From Raillietiella orientalis (Eukaryota), in the NCBI GenBank assembly GCA_036172245.1, contig JAYWIR010000025.1, positions 3,021,570 through 3,041,569 on the forward strand: a stretch of 20,000 nt of DNA. The letters are read 5' to 3'. The notes beneath the pieces are model-generated. The model saw only the letters and a list, made by a program, of their open reading frames with translations, had not been told where the DNA came from and did not search any database. Both the position numbers and the translations under genes were made by a program. Within the stretch, counting starts at the first letter, position 1. Every line of letters begins with the position of its first letter. This document shows positions 1-12,771 of the stretch, one piece after another.

Positions 1-2938
1 TTGGAATACTAAAAAAGTTCACAAAGAAACTATACTGCTGGATTACCTAAATTTCATTATGAACAAAAGTATTGATACATTGAAAACATCTGCTGTTGTA
101 AGTTTGTTTATTTGATGTCAGCTTTGTGTGGCAGTATTGTTAATGTGTCATCATTGTTGAGTCTTGGTTTTCTTCATTCATACATCCAGTTTATAACAAA
201 TGATATTGACTTTATCATCAATATTATTGTGTAAACCTCTTATTTGTACAGTGGATCTCTGTTGAAAAGTATTATCAAGTGGAAACTTTAGAAGGCAAAA
301 TATTTAAATTTATATCATACATTTGGGTTTTTTGAGGGAAATAATAGTTTGTATTAATTTAGAATATATGAATGTTGACTTTTAAGCAAATTTGTTTTGC
401 AAACAAGTGGTATTGAATAAATGTAAAATGCCTCAGAAAGCAGTCAGAAATCTCAAAATGCTTTTGTTTTTAATTATGGAAACAATTTCATGTTCACATA
501 TCAGATGTAATAATTTTGTTTATATAATTTACATAGGTGGTTTTCTTAGTTAAGGAATTTTCGACTTTCTTAAAATTTGTAATTGATTTTAGCGTAATCT
601 GATCAATCAATGCACAACTAAGGGACTTTACAGGAATCTTAAAGTGAGCATCTATGATTTGAAAGTGATGTACAAGTGGTTTTGTGATTTTTATTATTGG
701 AAGGTATATCAATCACAGTCAGAAGGTCAGAATATTTTATCCATTTTTACATTCGTAAATATTATTTAGATGAAACTAATAAAGCTTCTCAACAGTGTGG
801 CATCTACACAGAGAGTGATTGTGAACAACTATTAACCTCTCCAGTATTATCAGATTGTTTAATTCCAATGTATGCAAGTATATTAAAAAAAAATAATAAA
901 TGGAACCTTATATATGAGTTGCTAAAGCACTTTCATAAAAATAATCCAAATAATCTCAATGCATATGTATATTCATATCAATTTCTCAAACATTATTCAC
1001 ATGAAAAAATAGCTTGCTTTATTCTTCTTCTCAAGGTAAATTAATACTTACAATTTTAATCATAAACTGATTTTTGTTTCTTATGCAGATTCTTTTTAAA
1101 GATCCTGGAAATCCATTAATTGAAGACCTTGTTTCATGTCTCTTGTCAGATAAAAAGATAAAACGACTTTCAGGTATTATTTTAAGAAAAAATGTATTTG
1201 CTCACGTCATTTTATCAAATTAATTCACCAAAAAATTTTTCCATTTTTAGAACAGTTGCTTGTAAAATCTTGTTACTTGTTGCTCAGATTATTAGATGAA
1301 ATACAACACAAGGAGAGCATCTTAATTTGGAAGTGTTTGTTGCAGATCATAAAAGAAGGTTGTATAAGGTTGTATAATTTTTATACTGTTTGTCAACACT
1401 GTTTTGTTTAACTGTAGGAAAGAAAATAATGAGAATCATTTACATTCATCTGTGCTTCAGTTATTTAATAACGCAAGTCAGCAAGGGTGGTGGAAACCTT
1501 ATCATTTCAATACAAAGGAAAATATCTGTCTGAATGAAAACAATTTTTTATTATATCAATACAAGTGTATAATATGTGTTTACTGTTTTGGAAAAAGTAA
1601 AGTATTTAATTATGTAATGACCTTAATGCAGTAATATTGTAGAATGTGACTTTTATAAATTATTTTCATCTTCATTCAACACGAATTGTGAATATCGAAA
1701 TTTGTTACAAACTGTTATGCATTTAGTCCCCAAAGGAGTGGAACATTTACCATTAGCTTCAAGTGAACATTCAGATGATGATCTTACTGTAAGTTAATAT
1801 GTTATCAATGAGACATTTGCATCTATAAGTAAGTTAGAATGCACTGCATAATATGCATTTGCATAGTATAAGTGTATTTATATTATGCATTTAGCATGTA
1901 TAAATTCAATTAAATTGATGCTGTGTAAAGATATGCTTTTTAATGGTTTCATTATATATTACATTAAGTTGTTACTGAACACGAAGATTTTACAGAAAGA
2001 CAAATCATTATTTTAGGAGAATGAAAGAATAACACACTCTTCTAAAGACTTGTAATCAGTAATCTCCAGGTGCATTTGGAACCTGCCAAAAATGTACTTG
2101 TATTATGAAGGGTCATAGTTTCAAGAAATGTGCTTCTACATTAAAACAATTTTGCACTATTAATTCTAGTCATGTATTATACTGATCGCCTATCTAATAG
2201 GGGATCTTTTGGGGGAATACATATCTTGATATCAAATTGTGCATAATTAAATCATTTGTGAAATAATGGGAATTGCAAGAAAGTTATCATGTAAAATTGA
2301 ATCAAAAGCTTTCAGCTGGATTGCATCTGTCTTTTTGCATTGGGGAATGTTAAAACTGCTAGTGCATTTGTACAGTATATTATAGATTTTTTTGTAATTC
2401 AGTAATTTATTAATTGTACATTTTTCATAAGTAAGCAAACTAATGTTAATAATAATAAATCATTAATATAATCAGCATATAATCAATAAATCCGAAATCA
2501 ATTTTTTTGTGTTTCATATTCTTATTTGAAGTCATGAATGCTGCTTTGTTAGCTCCATGTATATGTGGTGTTCAGAAAGGCACACACATTTTTTGTTTTC
2601 TTTTCCTAAAAAGATGAAAGTTTCATCAAGAATTTGTAATTCATAAAATTTCTATTTTCTAAAGAAATCATCTTTCTTTAGTGTAAGTCTTAGAATGTTC
2701 AAAGTATATTACTAAGGTTTCATTTGCAACAGTTACAACGAATTGAATTCATGTACCATAGTTTGATTGTCCAGAAAGAATCTCATTTTTGCAAATACTT
2801 TTCTAGTGGTTTCAAGACATGGAGATTGATTTTCCCAATCTTTCGAATATTTTTGAAAAGAAACGATTGCGAACTCCAAATTTAGAACCAAAAAAGTCCA
2901 AGAAAGGATTTGCCACTTCATGTGCAACTTCAAATTAA
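1..2938 (+). CDS. TAF1A: TATA-binding protein-associated factor RNA polymerase I subunit A (TAF1A/TAFI48)-like, 5' part outside window
   Basis: Manually spliced GT-AG exons with consistent phases: <1-97, 593-725, 770-1035, 1089-1173, 1251-1368, 1418-1596, 1643-1788, and probable last exon 2807-2938 (alternatives: read-through stop at 1797, or exon 2017-2055). Peptides ..SAV|RNLIN..DFYYWK, NPNNLNAYVYSYQFLK, ILFKDPGNPLI, LLDEIQHKESILIWKCL, QGWWKPYHF occur in the same order as the vertebrate TAF1A motifs I recall (AKRNLS, QYYTWS, NPNAHIYLYNFLK, ILYQIVPSH, VLDF..ITAWKYL, KNWWPGFHF). Confidence 0.72.
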
Positions 2939-2989
2939 AAACAAATATATCCCTTTAATGCATTATGACAATGGGAAAAATGAGATGCA

Positions 2990-2995
2990 AATAAA
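2990..2995 (+). terminator. Putative polyadenylation signal (AATAAA) of the TAF1A-like gene
   Basis: AATAAA about 50 nt after the TAA at 2936-2938 of the proposed terminal exon; weak evidence in AT-rich DNA. Confidence 0.4.
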
Positions 2996-3205
2996 GTGAA
3001 ATCATATCTTTGAGGAAAAGAAAATTTAATCAAATATTTATTTGAAATATTTTAGTATTCAGTTTATTTGAAAACTTGGTTTTGTAAATCTGTTTTTAAA
3101 AAACCTAAACAGTATTGATTTTAGTGAGATTATTATTTAATGATAAATAGTAATATTAAATGATGAATCATTTTCGCAAATAGCTTTGCCTGTAACACAT
3201 CTGTG

Positions 3206-6153
3206 ATGGTGGCATTTGAAGATCTTGATTTGAATCCAAAATTCATTGAAGCTTTAAAGAAAGTTAAGTATTAAATAGTAGTCAATACTTTAATTTAATG
3301 TAGAACGTAAAACATCTGTTCACATAAGTTCAATTTTTAATTTAATTCTAGGTCGCCTTCTTAATGCAGAAAGTGTGCTTCTTTTTCCACTTGTAGAACT
3401 TCAGAAGAGAACAAAATTAGGCAAATCAGATTTAACAAAAATTATAAAGTCAATAAGTAGATTCATTCTTTCTAAAGCTCCTGTCAGAAGTAAGCAACAC
3501 TGACTCTATATTTATTTTTATCACATATAAGAAATTTTACATTGTGTTTTTGACCATTGATTGCAAAATTTAATAAATCTCCGATTTTTCTCATTTCAAC
3601 AGTGATATGCTTTTATGGAGTTTTCTATTTTAAAGTTCATGTTCACCATCAGAATATTTTATTCTTTGAGTTTAAATTTTAAATTTTCCATTCTGCTTCT
3701 CACTGAGCTCTCTGGCAATTACTTTGTCTTGTCCACCATTTTATGGAACTCTTATTTTATGTTTTTTGCTTTCTTTTATCTTCAAGTATCAGTAAAGCAC
3801 TATTAGCAAGCTCCTCAACTTTTAAATTATGTAGTTTGCAAACATTCAAAAGCAAGTTATAAATGATTCGTTTTCAATACGAAAAAACAAAAAAAACCTA
3901 AAAACAAAATTGCTTGTTGATTTAAGTTATATTATTGTTTTATATGCATTTAAATAAATTTTGCATAAGTTTGCTATCTGTATTACTATCCGTATTATGC
4001 TGTGAATAAACTATATGAATCATTATTTCATTCATGGTACTGAAGGGATAAAAATTGCTTTTGCACTTGTATGTTATTTTCAGTTCCAAAATGAGGACTA
4101 CAATGCACTATTGTACTTTGTTCAAAGAACTACTGCATCTTATTTTAAAGTAACGTTCTATCTATGACTAAGACTGCTATATTGCTATACTAAGTTTTAT
4201 GCAAGTTTTCAAAATAATTTGATGTACATGTACAATTATATATGTCTCAGCATTATTAAAACCAGTTGCTTCATTCAAAACTAGTCTTAGAATTGAGGCA
4301 AAAACATCCTGATAATGAACAGATAGGAATTATTCGGGTCTCCACATTGTGTCCAGTACTTGATGAATTCTTTGGTGGAGGATTTCCATTCAAGGGTTTA
4401 ATGGAAATTGCAGGTGAAAGCGGCAGTGGAAAGACACAGCTGTGCTTACAATTATCTATTGCTGCCCAACTAAGTGGGAAAGAATCAGATCTTAATGGAG
4501 GTGAGAAGTTGCATCTGTTCTTATGAATTGTTGTTTCTCTCACTGATCTCCAGGTGTAATCTATGTTTCTACAGAGAAGGCATTCCCATCTCAACGATTA
4601 TTTCAAATTTTGCATGATTCTTCTGAAGAATGTGATGGGAAACACTCAATGGCACGATTATATTTGGAGCAAATATTTGAACTGGTAGGCTTCATTTTCA
4701 AAGTGAGCAATAAAATTTTGTTTCTGATGACATTAAGAGAGATTGTATTCATAAGAGCTATATGTATGTAGTTTTTGTTTCCACATATACATTCATGTCA
4801 GTTAATGAATTGTTTAGTGAATTATTATAAAACTCGTAAATACTCTTCGGTATTTTGGTAATCTTGACTATATTACAACATACATTAGTGGAATATAATC
4901 AGGTAGCTTATAGAAGTATGGTGAATAGTTTGACTATTGATTGTAGTTGAAACTTAAAATGAAAATTCGAATCTTGGAATGGCTGTTAGCAATTTTAAAG
5001 GAGATGGGATGAAGAATATTATGAATGCAATCATCATCAAATACTGTATTGACAGGACAAGAACCTATTTCTTTCAAAGGGTTTTGTGTTTTTTCTGATA
5101 ATAAGGTTTTGGAGCATATTTGCAGAGCTTTCACATTCAAAGAAATTGTAATTGAGTTTTAGTAATAGTGGATCATTTTTTACTTTAATGAAATACCGAT
5201 TGCTACTTTCACCAATGATTTTTAAGTAAGCATTATTATTATTACATTCTTCACACAGTTCTTGTTACTCTGTATAATTTTAGATAGCTTGCATTTTGTC
5301 TGCATTACTGGTATTCTTGGCTGTAAAATTTTATAGTTCTAAATTTAGTTTCATTTTTCTAACGAAGCTTTCATTTCAGATGAGTTTTATTCAATTTAAT
5401 GGAACACAGTGAAAACACTGATAATGGAATTTGAATGAATGCTAACATAAATACTTATACAATCCTGTGATTGTGGATCATATGATCCACTGAATTAAAA
5501 AGTTTTCTGTTTTAGTTTCAAAAATTATTAGTTTTATTGGCTTATTAGTTCTTAAATTAAAACAATTAACTTTCAAAGAATGCAAATATTTTGGAAAAAA
5601 TATTTCCAGTATCTTGAAGTATTCTATTTCAGGAAGATTTGAAGCACTATTTGGAAAAGAAAGTGCAACCGTTTATTCGAAAATTCAATATTAAATTGCT
5701 AATACTAGATTCTGTATGTGCAGTTTTTAGAGGAGGGGACAAAAGTTTCAGTCATGTTCAAAGAGCAAATGAAATTCAAACAATCGCTTACAGATTACAT
5801 TCACTTATAAGAGAGAACAGAGTTTGTGTTCTTTGTACAAATCAGGTAAACATATTTTCTAAAACAATTTTCGTTGATAATCCTTGTTCTAGATCGGATA
5901 TTCCTCAAATAACATCAACCATTCTTTAGCTGCTTTGGGATTAACGTGGTCTCATTTAATTTCATCAAGATTTAAGATGTGCAGAACAGAACTGATGTTT
6001 CACAATAATTGCATCATCCCATTTTCCAATGAATCTAATGGAGATCGTATTCGGCATATACAGTGTAGTTTTTCACCCTTTTTTCCAACAAAAGCTTGTT
6101 GTCAGTTTATTATAAAAAGTAGTGGTCTGATGGGAATACATATTAGTTTTTAA
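3206..6153 (+). CDS. XRCC3: DNA repair protein XRCC3 (RAD51 paralog)
   Basis: Exons 3206-3263 (donor irregular, see findings), 3352-3489, ~4285-4500, 4554-4684, 5633-5845, 5893-6153. N-terminus MVAFEDLDLNPKFIEALKK resembles XRCC3 MDLDLLDLNPRIIAAIKK. Also CPVLDEFFGGG, Walker A GESGSGKT followed by QLCLQL, VIYVSTEKAFPSQRL, Walker B LLILDS, VLCTNQ and ALGLTWSH. Confidence 0.92.
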
Positions 6154-6250
6154 ATGTGAATGACAATTGAATTAATATGTATATTTAATCAATACTAAGT
6201 GAGAGCATCTTTTCCCAAGGTAGTCTCATTTGCATAATTCTGAGAAAGAA

Positions 6251-9200
6251 ATGCAGACATTGCAAATTTCTGTGAAAAATTTTAAAAACTGTACTAGCCT
6301 GAAAGTATTTTTAAGATATGAGCATTTAAAATCTTTAAATACAGGACAATTAAGTAAATACCAGCATACTTTGAACATGTTTGATGTCCCATTTCATGCT
6401 AGGGTTTTGGGAAAGGACAGGTTAGCTTTAGATCTTAAAATTGCAAAAGTATGTCGCCTTAGATGTTGACTTGCTTTACACATATTTTTTTAAAATTAAT
6501 AGGAAGCAGAATTTGAATCTTTGTATAAGTGGCAGTCTAATCAATGCAGTATGGATAGTTTTATTTTGCTTGATGGACCACCATATGCAAATGGGAAACC
6601 TCATGTTGGTCATGCAATAAATAAGGTAGTTCAGAATTAAAGTATGTTACTGGTCAAACCATTTCTTTTTTTTTTTCTTTAGATTCTAAAAGATATTACT
6701 AATCGATTCAAGATGTTGAAAGGTTATACAGTGCATTTTGTTTGTGGTTGGGATTGCCATGGACTGCCTATTGAAGCAAAAATAAAAAATGTTTCCAATA
6801 ATGCAGTTGACTTGAGGAGTGCAGGTATCGTTTTAGGAAAACTTAATTTTCATTAAAAACTGTCGTAACTTTTAGCTCTGAAAGATCTGAAACTTAAGAG
6901 CATTGTTCGTGAATTTGATTTCTGTAATTTCTTTGTGGTTTTTATAGTTGTTTGAAGAAGCTATGTACAGCTGAAACTTGCATGCCAATAAATGGCATAT
7001 TGTTCAGATACAATATTAAATAGATTATTCTTGAACAATATGCTATGTAGTTGATGATAAGTAGCTATTATAATACTATTTATTTAGAATGTCATATATA
7101 ATGTTAATATAATCCTAATGCTGAAATGATCTTTCAAATTTGTTGCAAAGTAAATGCATTTTTATTACTGTAATGCATTCTGTATCGATCGTATTTTCAA
7201 GTACACAACACCCAAACAATATTTATGACATCTCATTGATTAATACATTAAAATTGTTACTTATTCAAGATAACTAAACTTTATTCAGTACTCAAAAGCA
7301 TGTTCCACCAAATTGACTTCATTACACTTGTATTGTTTTTGCACAATTCCTTCCAATTATGCATGTACACCAAACTGTTTTGCTAATGTATGCAAAATTA
7401 TAAACATTTGAAGCTGATTATTTCTTGATTAAAGAATAAATAAAAATATTCTTATACTGAAAATTATAACATGGTTTATATGAGATTGCTGCATAATTTT
7501 ATTTGTTCTTTGTTAAATATAATTCATGGTAGCAAAAAGTGTAGCAGCAGAAGCAATTGAAAATCAGAGATCTGCATTTCGACATTGGGGCCTTATGACA
7601 GATTGGAACCATTGTTATTATACTTATGATAAGAACTATGCTGTAAAGCAAATAGAGATATTTTGGGAATTGTTTCAGAAGGTAATGCTTTTCATTAATT
7701 TACAGTAACATACTCTAGATCTCAATCCTAGGGTCTGGTATATCGTGCATATAAGCCCGTGTTTTGGTCTGTTCAGTACAGGTATTATAGTCTTTCAGAT
7801 TTGTGCATCTCTCGTTCTTAAATTTAAAAGTTTGCAATGCGGCATGCTCTTAATATGTTTCATAATACTTTAAATTTTGAAAAATGTAAATTAAAATCTA
7901 TGGATTCAGGTGCATTTTCTTGTCAGTTTCAAAAAGTTATGGGGAACTGGGAAGGAGTTTGTAGCCTAGAGACCACAAGAAACTTTCTTTGGCAAAAATC
8001 ACCGAAATAGTCTTGTATTTTCTGGTCCGAAAATATTAAACGCATGCATACATTATTTACTTCCTAAAATATTCCTTCAGAGATCTCGATGAATCTTGCA
8101 GTTCGGAAAGTATGGCATATGTAGTACAGATACTTAGTACGTGTAACGCCCTTTATAAATTGCATATTCACAGATTAAATATTTTCATTGCCATGTTGTT
8201 TACAAACCAAAAAGTTTCGTTTCCTTATGAGTGTTTGTATATGTAACAATGATTTCCATTCGATTTGTGAATTTCAGTATCATATAAGTATTCTGTTATA
8301 ATATCTAGGGGATAAGCAAAACAAAAATTTATTAATAATGCATGTTTGTAACATTTGCACATTTTAAAAACATCCCAAAGGAGCATCATTCACATAATAG
8401 TGAGCACTATTCAGAGTTTCACTGAATTACGCAGTCTGGCATGAATGGAATTACAGGGAAAAAATATAATCATCATCTGAAAAGTAGTGTATGTATAAAT
8501 CTAGTCAATCTCTCTCCTAATATGTCTGTGCAAAACAAATATTGCAGTCATTATCAGGCCTCTTTTACATCGGAGGCTATAATTGATGGTAGAAATTCAA
8601 GTCAGTCTTTTATTGATTATTTTCATTTTTTCATAAGCTACTTGAAAATTCTTTTCATAAGCTACATGAAAATTTTGGAGAGTCATTTTACACACATGGA
8701 TATCACAGGATAGGTGGGGAGCTATCTTGCAGAAAGTAATATGAAATTTTTGGCCATTGCACTTTAAATACGATATAATATTTACATGTAAATGTATTTA
8801 TCCAAATTGGTAATCACTTATGTGAGTTCTTCTGTATTCAACATTCCACTTAAAATGAAATTGAAACCCAAGTTCACTCATTAAAAATTAATGACGTTTA
8901 CACAATGAAGCTTTGCATATGGCACCTTTGGATGTTTCCATAATTTAAAGGGCTAAGATATCTGATTGAGCTTCAGCAATTTCTTTGTTAAGAGAATAAA
9001 TCATATTCTCATGTTGGGACTAACTTTTTTCTTCTATTTATTACACAGGAGTATTTGAAAATAATTGTTCATCAACAAATGAATTTTTCATTAAGAAATG
9101 TTTGGAGCTATTCTATCACATTTTCAGTATTTCATGGTTTTTGTTATTGTAGAACCGCTTTAGCGGAGGCTGAGTTACAATATGAATCAAATCATCACAG

Positions 9201-12200
9201 CACTTCTACCTACATCAAATTCGAAGTTACTAAGGAGACATTATCTTTTGATTCTCAAGTTTATCTTTTGATATGGACTACTACTCCTTGGAGTCTTCCT
9301 ATGAATGAAGCAATTTGTTTTCATAATGCTGAGACATATGTTATTGTACACAACAAACAATTAAATGAGTTTTATATTATAGCAGAAAAGAGTGTATCCA
9401 AAGTTGAATCAGAAACTGATTCAGTTCTTATTCCTGTATGTTTATTGAACAGTAAGTCACATCAAAAATATTTTTTGGCTTTCTGGATCATGATTTAGTA
9501 TCTTATCAAAAAAATTGGCATTTAATAGTAATGATAAGTTCATAGCATTTGAATGTATTTGTTACTTATTTGAGTAGTTATTGTCTGGCGGTAAATAGGG
9601 TGAATGAACTTTATTGTACAAATTAAATTTTCTTCCAGTAATAAAATACACATAGTAATTAAAAATTTGCTATAAAACTGGACATTATGCAATTTTAACT
9701 ATTCTTTATGCTGAATAATTTACGTATTTTTCAGTGTTTATTTGCATTTATCTAGTCCTATTTAGCATATTTATCAGTGTAAAAAAATTATGAAATGTAA
9801 ATTTTAATTTCCAAAGCCATCTTCTGGACAAAATACATTTGTTAACATCGCCTTTTAATAGTTACGTCTTTATTCTCCTAAAAATGTTCAATAGTATTTA
9901 TGAAAGTTTATGGTCTCTTCCATATGTATGATAGTAAGAGAGTTTTCATTACATTAGTTTAAAGAAACTGTTGCATATATTCAATTGTATGATTACTCCA
10001 TTATTATACTTCTAATTAAAAAACATTCTTGTTCCAGCTTCGATTATGTCCCAACTCAAGTATATTCATCCTTTGAATTCTAGAATTCTGCCTGTAATTT
10101 CGTCGCAACATGTTAATGCTGACACTGGCTCAGGATTAGTTCATACTGCACCATCACATGGCCATGAAGATTTTGTAGTAGCATTGAATAATGATTTACC
10201 ACTGGTTTGTAAAACCTAATCTTTCTAGCAAATAATAACTCATTATTTGCAAATTTGTTGATATCATGTTTCTTTTATTAGAGTTGTCATGTGGATGAGC
10301 AAGGGTTATATACTAAAACGTTAGGAATGGAATTAGAGGGATTATTTGTATTGAAGGAAGGCACAGAAAAGGTTTTACACCTGTTGAAAGATTCTGTTTT
10401 GTCAAAAAAGCCGTTTTTTCATAATTATCCCTATGATTGGAGATCACACAAACCTGTTATTATAAGATCAGATTTGCAGTGGTTTTTTGACACACAGAGT
10501 GTGAAGAAAACTATCTCGGTAAGGTTAGGATTGTCTTATGTAATTTTTTTGTTTGTTTTTAAGAACATCATTCCAAACATCGAAACGCTTCCTGCAAATT
10601 ACGTAAATTGCTTTACTGATTCCATTAAAAATCGTCCATACTGGTGCATATCTCGTCAGAGAGTTTGGGGTGTCCCTATACCAGCGTTTTATAAAAGAGG
10701 GGATTCTAAACCCGTGCTTACAAGGTTATTCGTTTTGTGCTATGAAAAGAACCATTTTAAAGATTTTCATCATTAGAGACTCTGTTGAGTACTTTATCAA
10801 ATTAATTTTGCATCATGGTACTGACATATGGTACAGCTGGCCCATTGAAAAATTGCTTCCGGAGTCCATGAAAAACAATGTCAATGTTGATGAGTTGGAA
10901 AAAGGAAAGGATATAATGGATATATGGTTTGATAGTGGTATCTCTTGGTCAGTAGTTTTGAAATCAAAACAAAGTGCGGATTTATGTATTGAAGGCATTG
11001 ATCAGTTGAATGGCTGGTTTCAGTCTTCTCTTTTATTATCAGCAGCATTGCAAAATGTCTCTCCATTCAAGTAAGTGACAGATTTATAGCTTATAACTCT
11101 TCAGGGTACACTTTAGGAAAATTTATGTGCATTCATTTGCAGTTGATGACAAAAAGCAAAAAATGTCCAAGTCTTTAGGAAATGTATTAGATCCCTATTT
11201 GATAACTCATGGTACAGACACTGTACCAGCAATGGGAGTAGACACGTTAAGGTTAGAAAGAAAGTGTTTATGTACTTTCTTATGTAGTCATAGGTGGTTG
11301 GTAGCATATCATGCAACAAATAAGCAGAGTGTATCTGTAGGAAGTCAGTTACTAAGTGATTGCAATCAAAATATACAAAAATTAAGAAATTGTTTAAGGT
11401 TTATTTTGTGCAACCTCAAAGATTTCGTTTTCAATGAACATGGTCAAGATTACAGTACTTTGAAACTTGCAGATAGGATTATATTGCATCTTTTGTGGAG
11501 GTTCTGGAATCAAGTATGTGACATTTCAAATAACTAACTGACCATGCATTCTTAAAATCATCCTACAGATTATTTCTTGCTATGAAAAGTTTTCATACAA
11601 TGATGTTTGCCATGAAACATTACGACTTGTTTCCCGGGATATCTCATCATTTTATTTCACTGCTGTAAAAGACAGGTGAGAAGATAAGTCTTATGCAAGT
11701 CAAAATCTGTTTATAATGTGTTCATACAAAAAAGAGTGCACTTAATTTTTCCCTTGGCATGTTAAATGTGACATTCACAAATAAAAAATAAATTATATGT
11801 TGTTATAATTAAAAGTAATTCATTGTATAGTTTTTGGGAAAATCGGTTATAGCGAAGTATGCATGCAGGATTGATTGTGGAAAAAAATCTAAAAAAGAAT
11901 TATCAATTTCATGTTTTAAACATTGATTATGTGCCACTGTTCATGAACTTTTGGTTTCTTTTTTTCCAGTCTTACAATGTTTTTCGTGACTACCTCAGAA
12001 TTTTACGTTAATTTTCTAAAAGTTAACTCAAAATGCTGTAAAGGCATTTTCTCATCTATCTCTTATAAAATCACAATAGTGCTTCGTTTTGCTTTGTAGA
12101 CCTTTAATTCTAAATTGAAACTTGTATCCCATAATTCTGTTTTAAATATTCAATATATGTTTCTGCATTACTTTAGACTTTATTGTGATGATGCCAAATC

Positions 12201-12771
12201 CCAATCCAGAAGAAGTAGTCAAACAACTCTTTATTATATTATGAAATATCTGCTGTATGCTATTGCACCAATTTTACCCCATTTGGCAGAAGAAGCATAT
12301 TGTTGCAAACTATTGGAAAATGGTGGGTTTGCTCAGTTATGAACTAAATTATGAAAATTGTAGGAGAACGAGTATTATTCCAAAATAAACTTCCAAATAT
12401 TCCTGAATGTTGGAATCTTGACTACACAAATGTGCTGATACATGCCATCTTTGATTTAAGGAATGAAATAAAGAAGGTGTGTCGAGGTCATTCACTAAGC
12501 ATGAATGCTAAGATTGTTCTCCCCTGTGCACTGTCCACAGTGAAGGTATTTGTAAAATCAAATTCCCAATACTAAAAAATGTTTTAAGCAATATGAAAAT
12601 GAACTTGCTGATATCCTTCAAGTTGCAAAAGTTTCTTTCACTGATGGAGAAGATCTATCAATATCCCTTCAAAAAACATCACTTAGTAGGTGTCACCGTT
12701 GTCGCAAATATGTATGTGTATTGGGTTCAGTTTTGTGCGATAGGTGCACAGTCATACTATCTTGTACTTGA
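6251..12771 (+). CDS. IARS2: Isoleucine--tRNA ligase, mitochondrial (bacterial-type IleRS)
   Basis: 16 phase-consistent GT-AG exons: 6251-6448, 6503-6625, 6683-6824, 7533-7681, 7732-7781, 9153-9451, 10038-10204, 10282-10518, 10564-10724, 10777-11070, 11117-11251, 11294-11513, 11569-11675, 12177-12322, 12364-12545, 12589-12771. Motifs [12 protein letters not shown] (HIGH), [79 protein letters not shown]-terminal Zn finger CHRC..CDRC. A basic N-terminal extension before KYQHTL fits a mitochondrial presequence; the start codon is less certain. Confidence 0.95.
8628..8674. repeat. Short tandem duplication (2 x 23 nt) in IARS2 intron 5
   Basis: ttttcataagctacttgaaaatt (8628-8650) and ttttcataagctacatgaaaatt (8652-8674), one mismatch. 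Confidence 0.8.

Noticed and set aside
190..333. Possible extra TAF1A exons (acceptors at 189 and 251; WISVEKYYQVETLE with a GC donor)
   Set aside because: Direct splicing from 97 to 593 gives SAV|RNLI, matching the TAF1A motif; these candidates hit stops or need a weak donor.
2733..2933. Minus-strand 66-aa ORF with a signal-peptide-like start (MKWQILSWTFLVL)
   Set aside because: It is antisense to the better-supported + strand terminal exon 2807-2938 and has no recognisable motif.
3615..3806. Hydrophobic intronic/intergenic ORFs (also 4934-5140, 8441-8713, 13515-13752)
   Set aside because: Composition reflects AT-rich codons; no motifs or supporting splice structure.
8104..8121. cggaaagtatgg..atatg matching the reverse complement of 14021-14039
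   Set aside because: A 12-nt exact match is expected by chance in 20 kb and does not extend convincingly.
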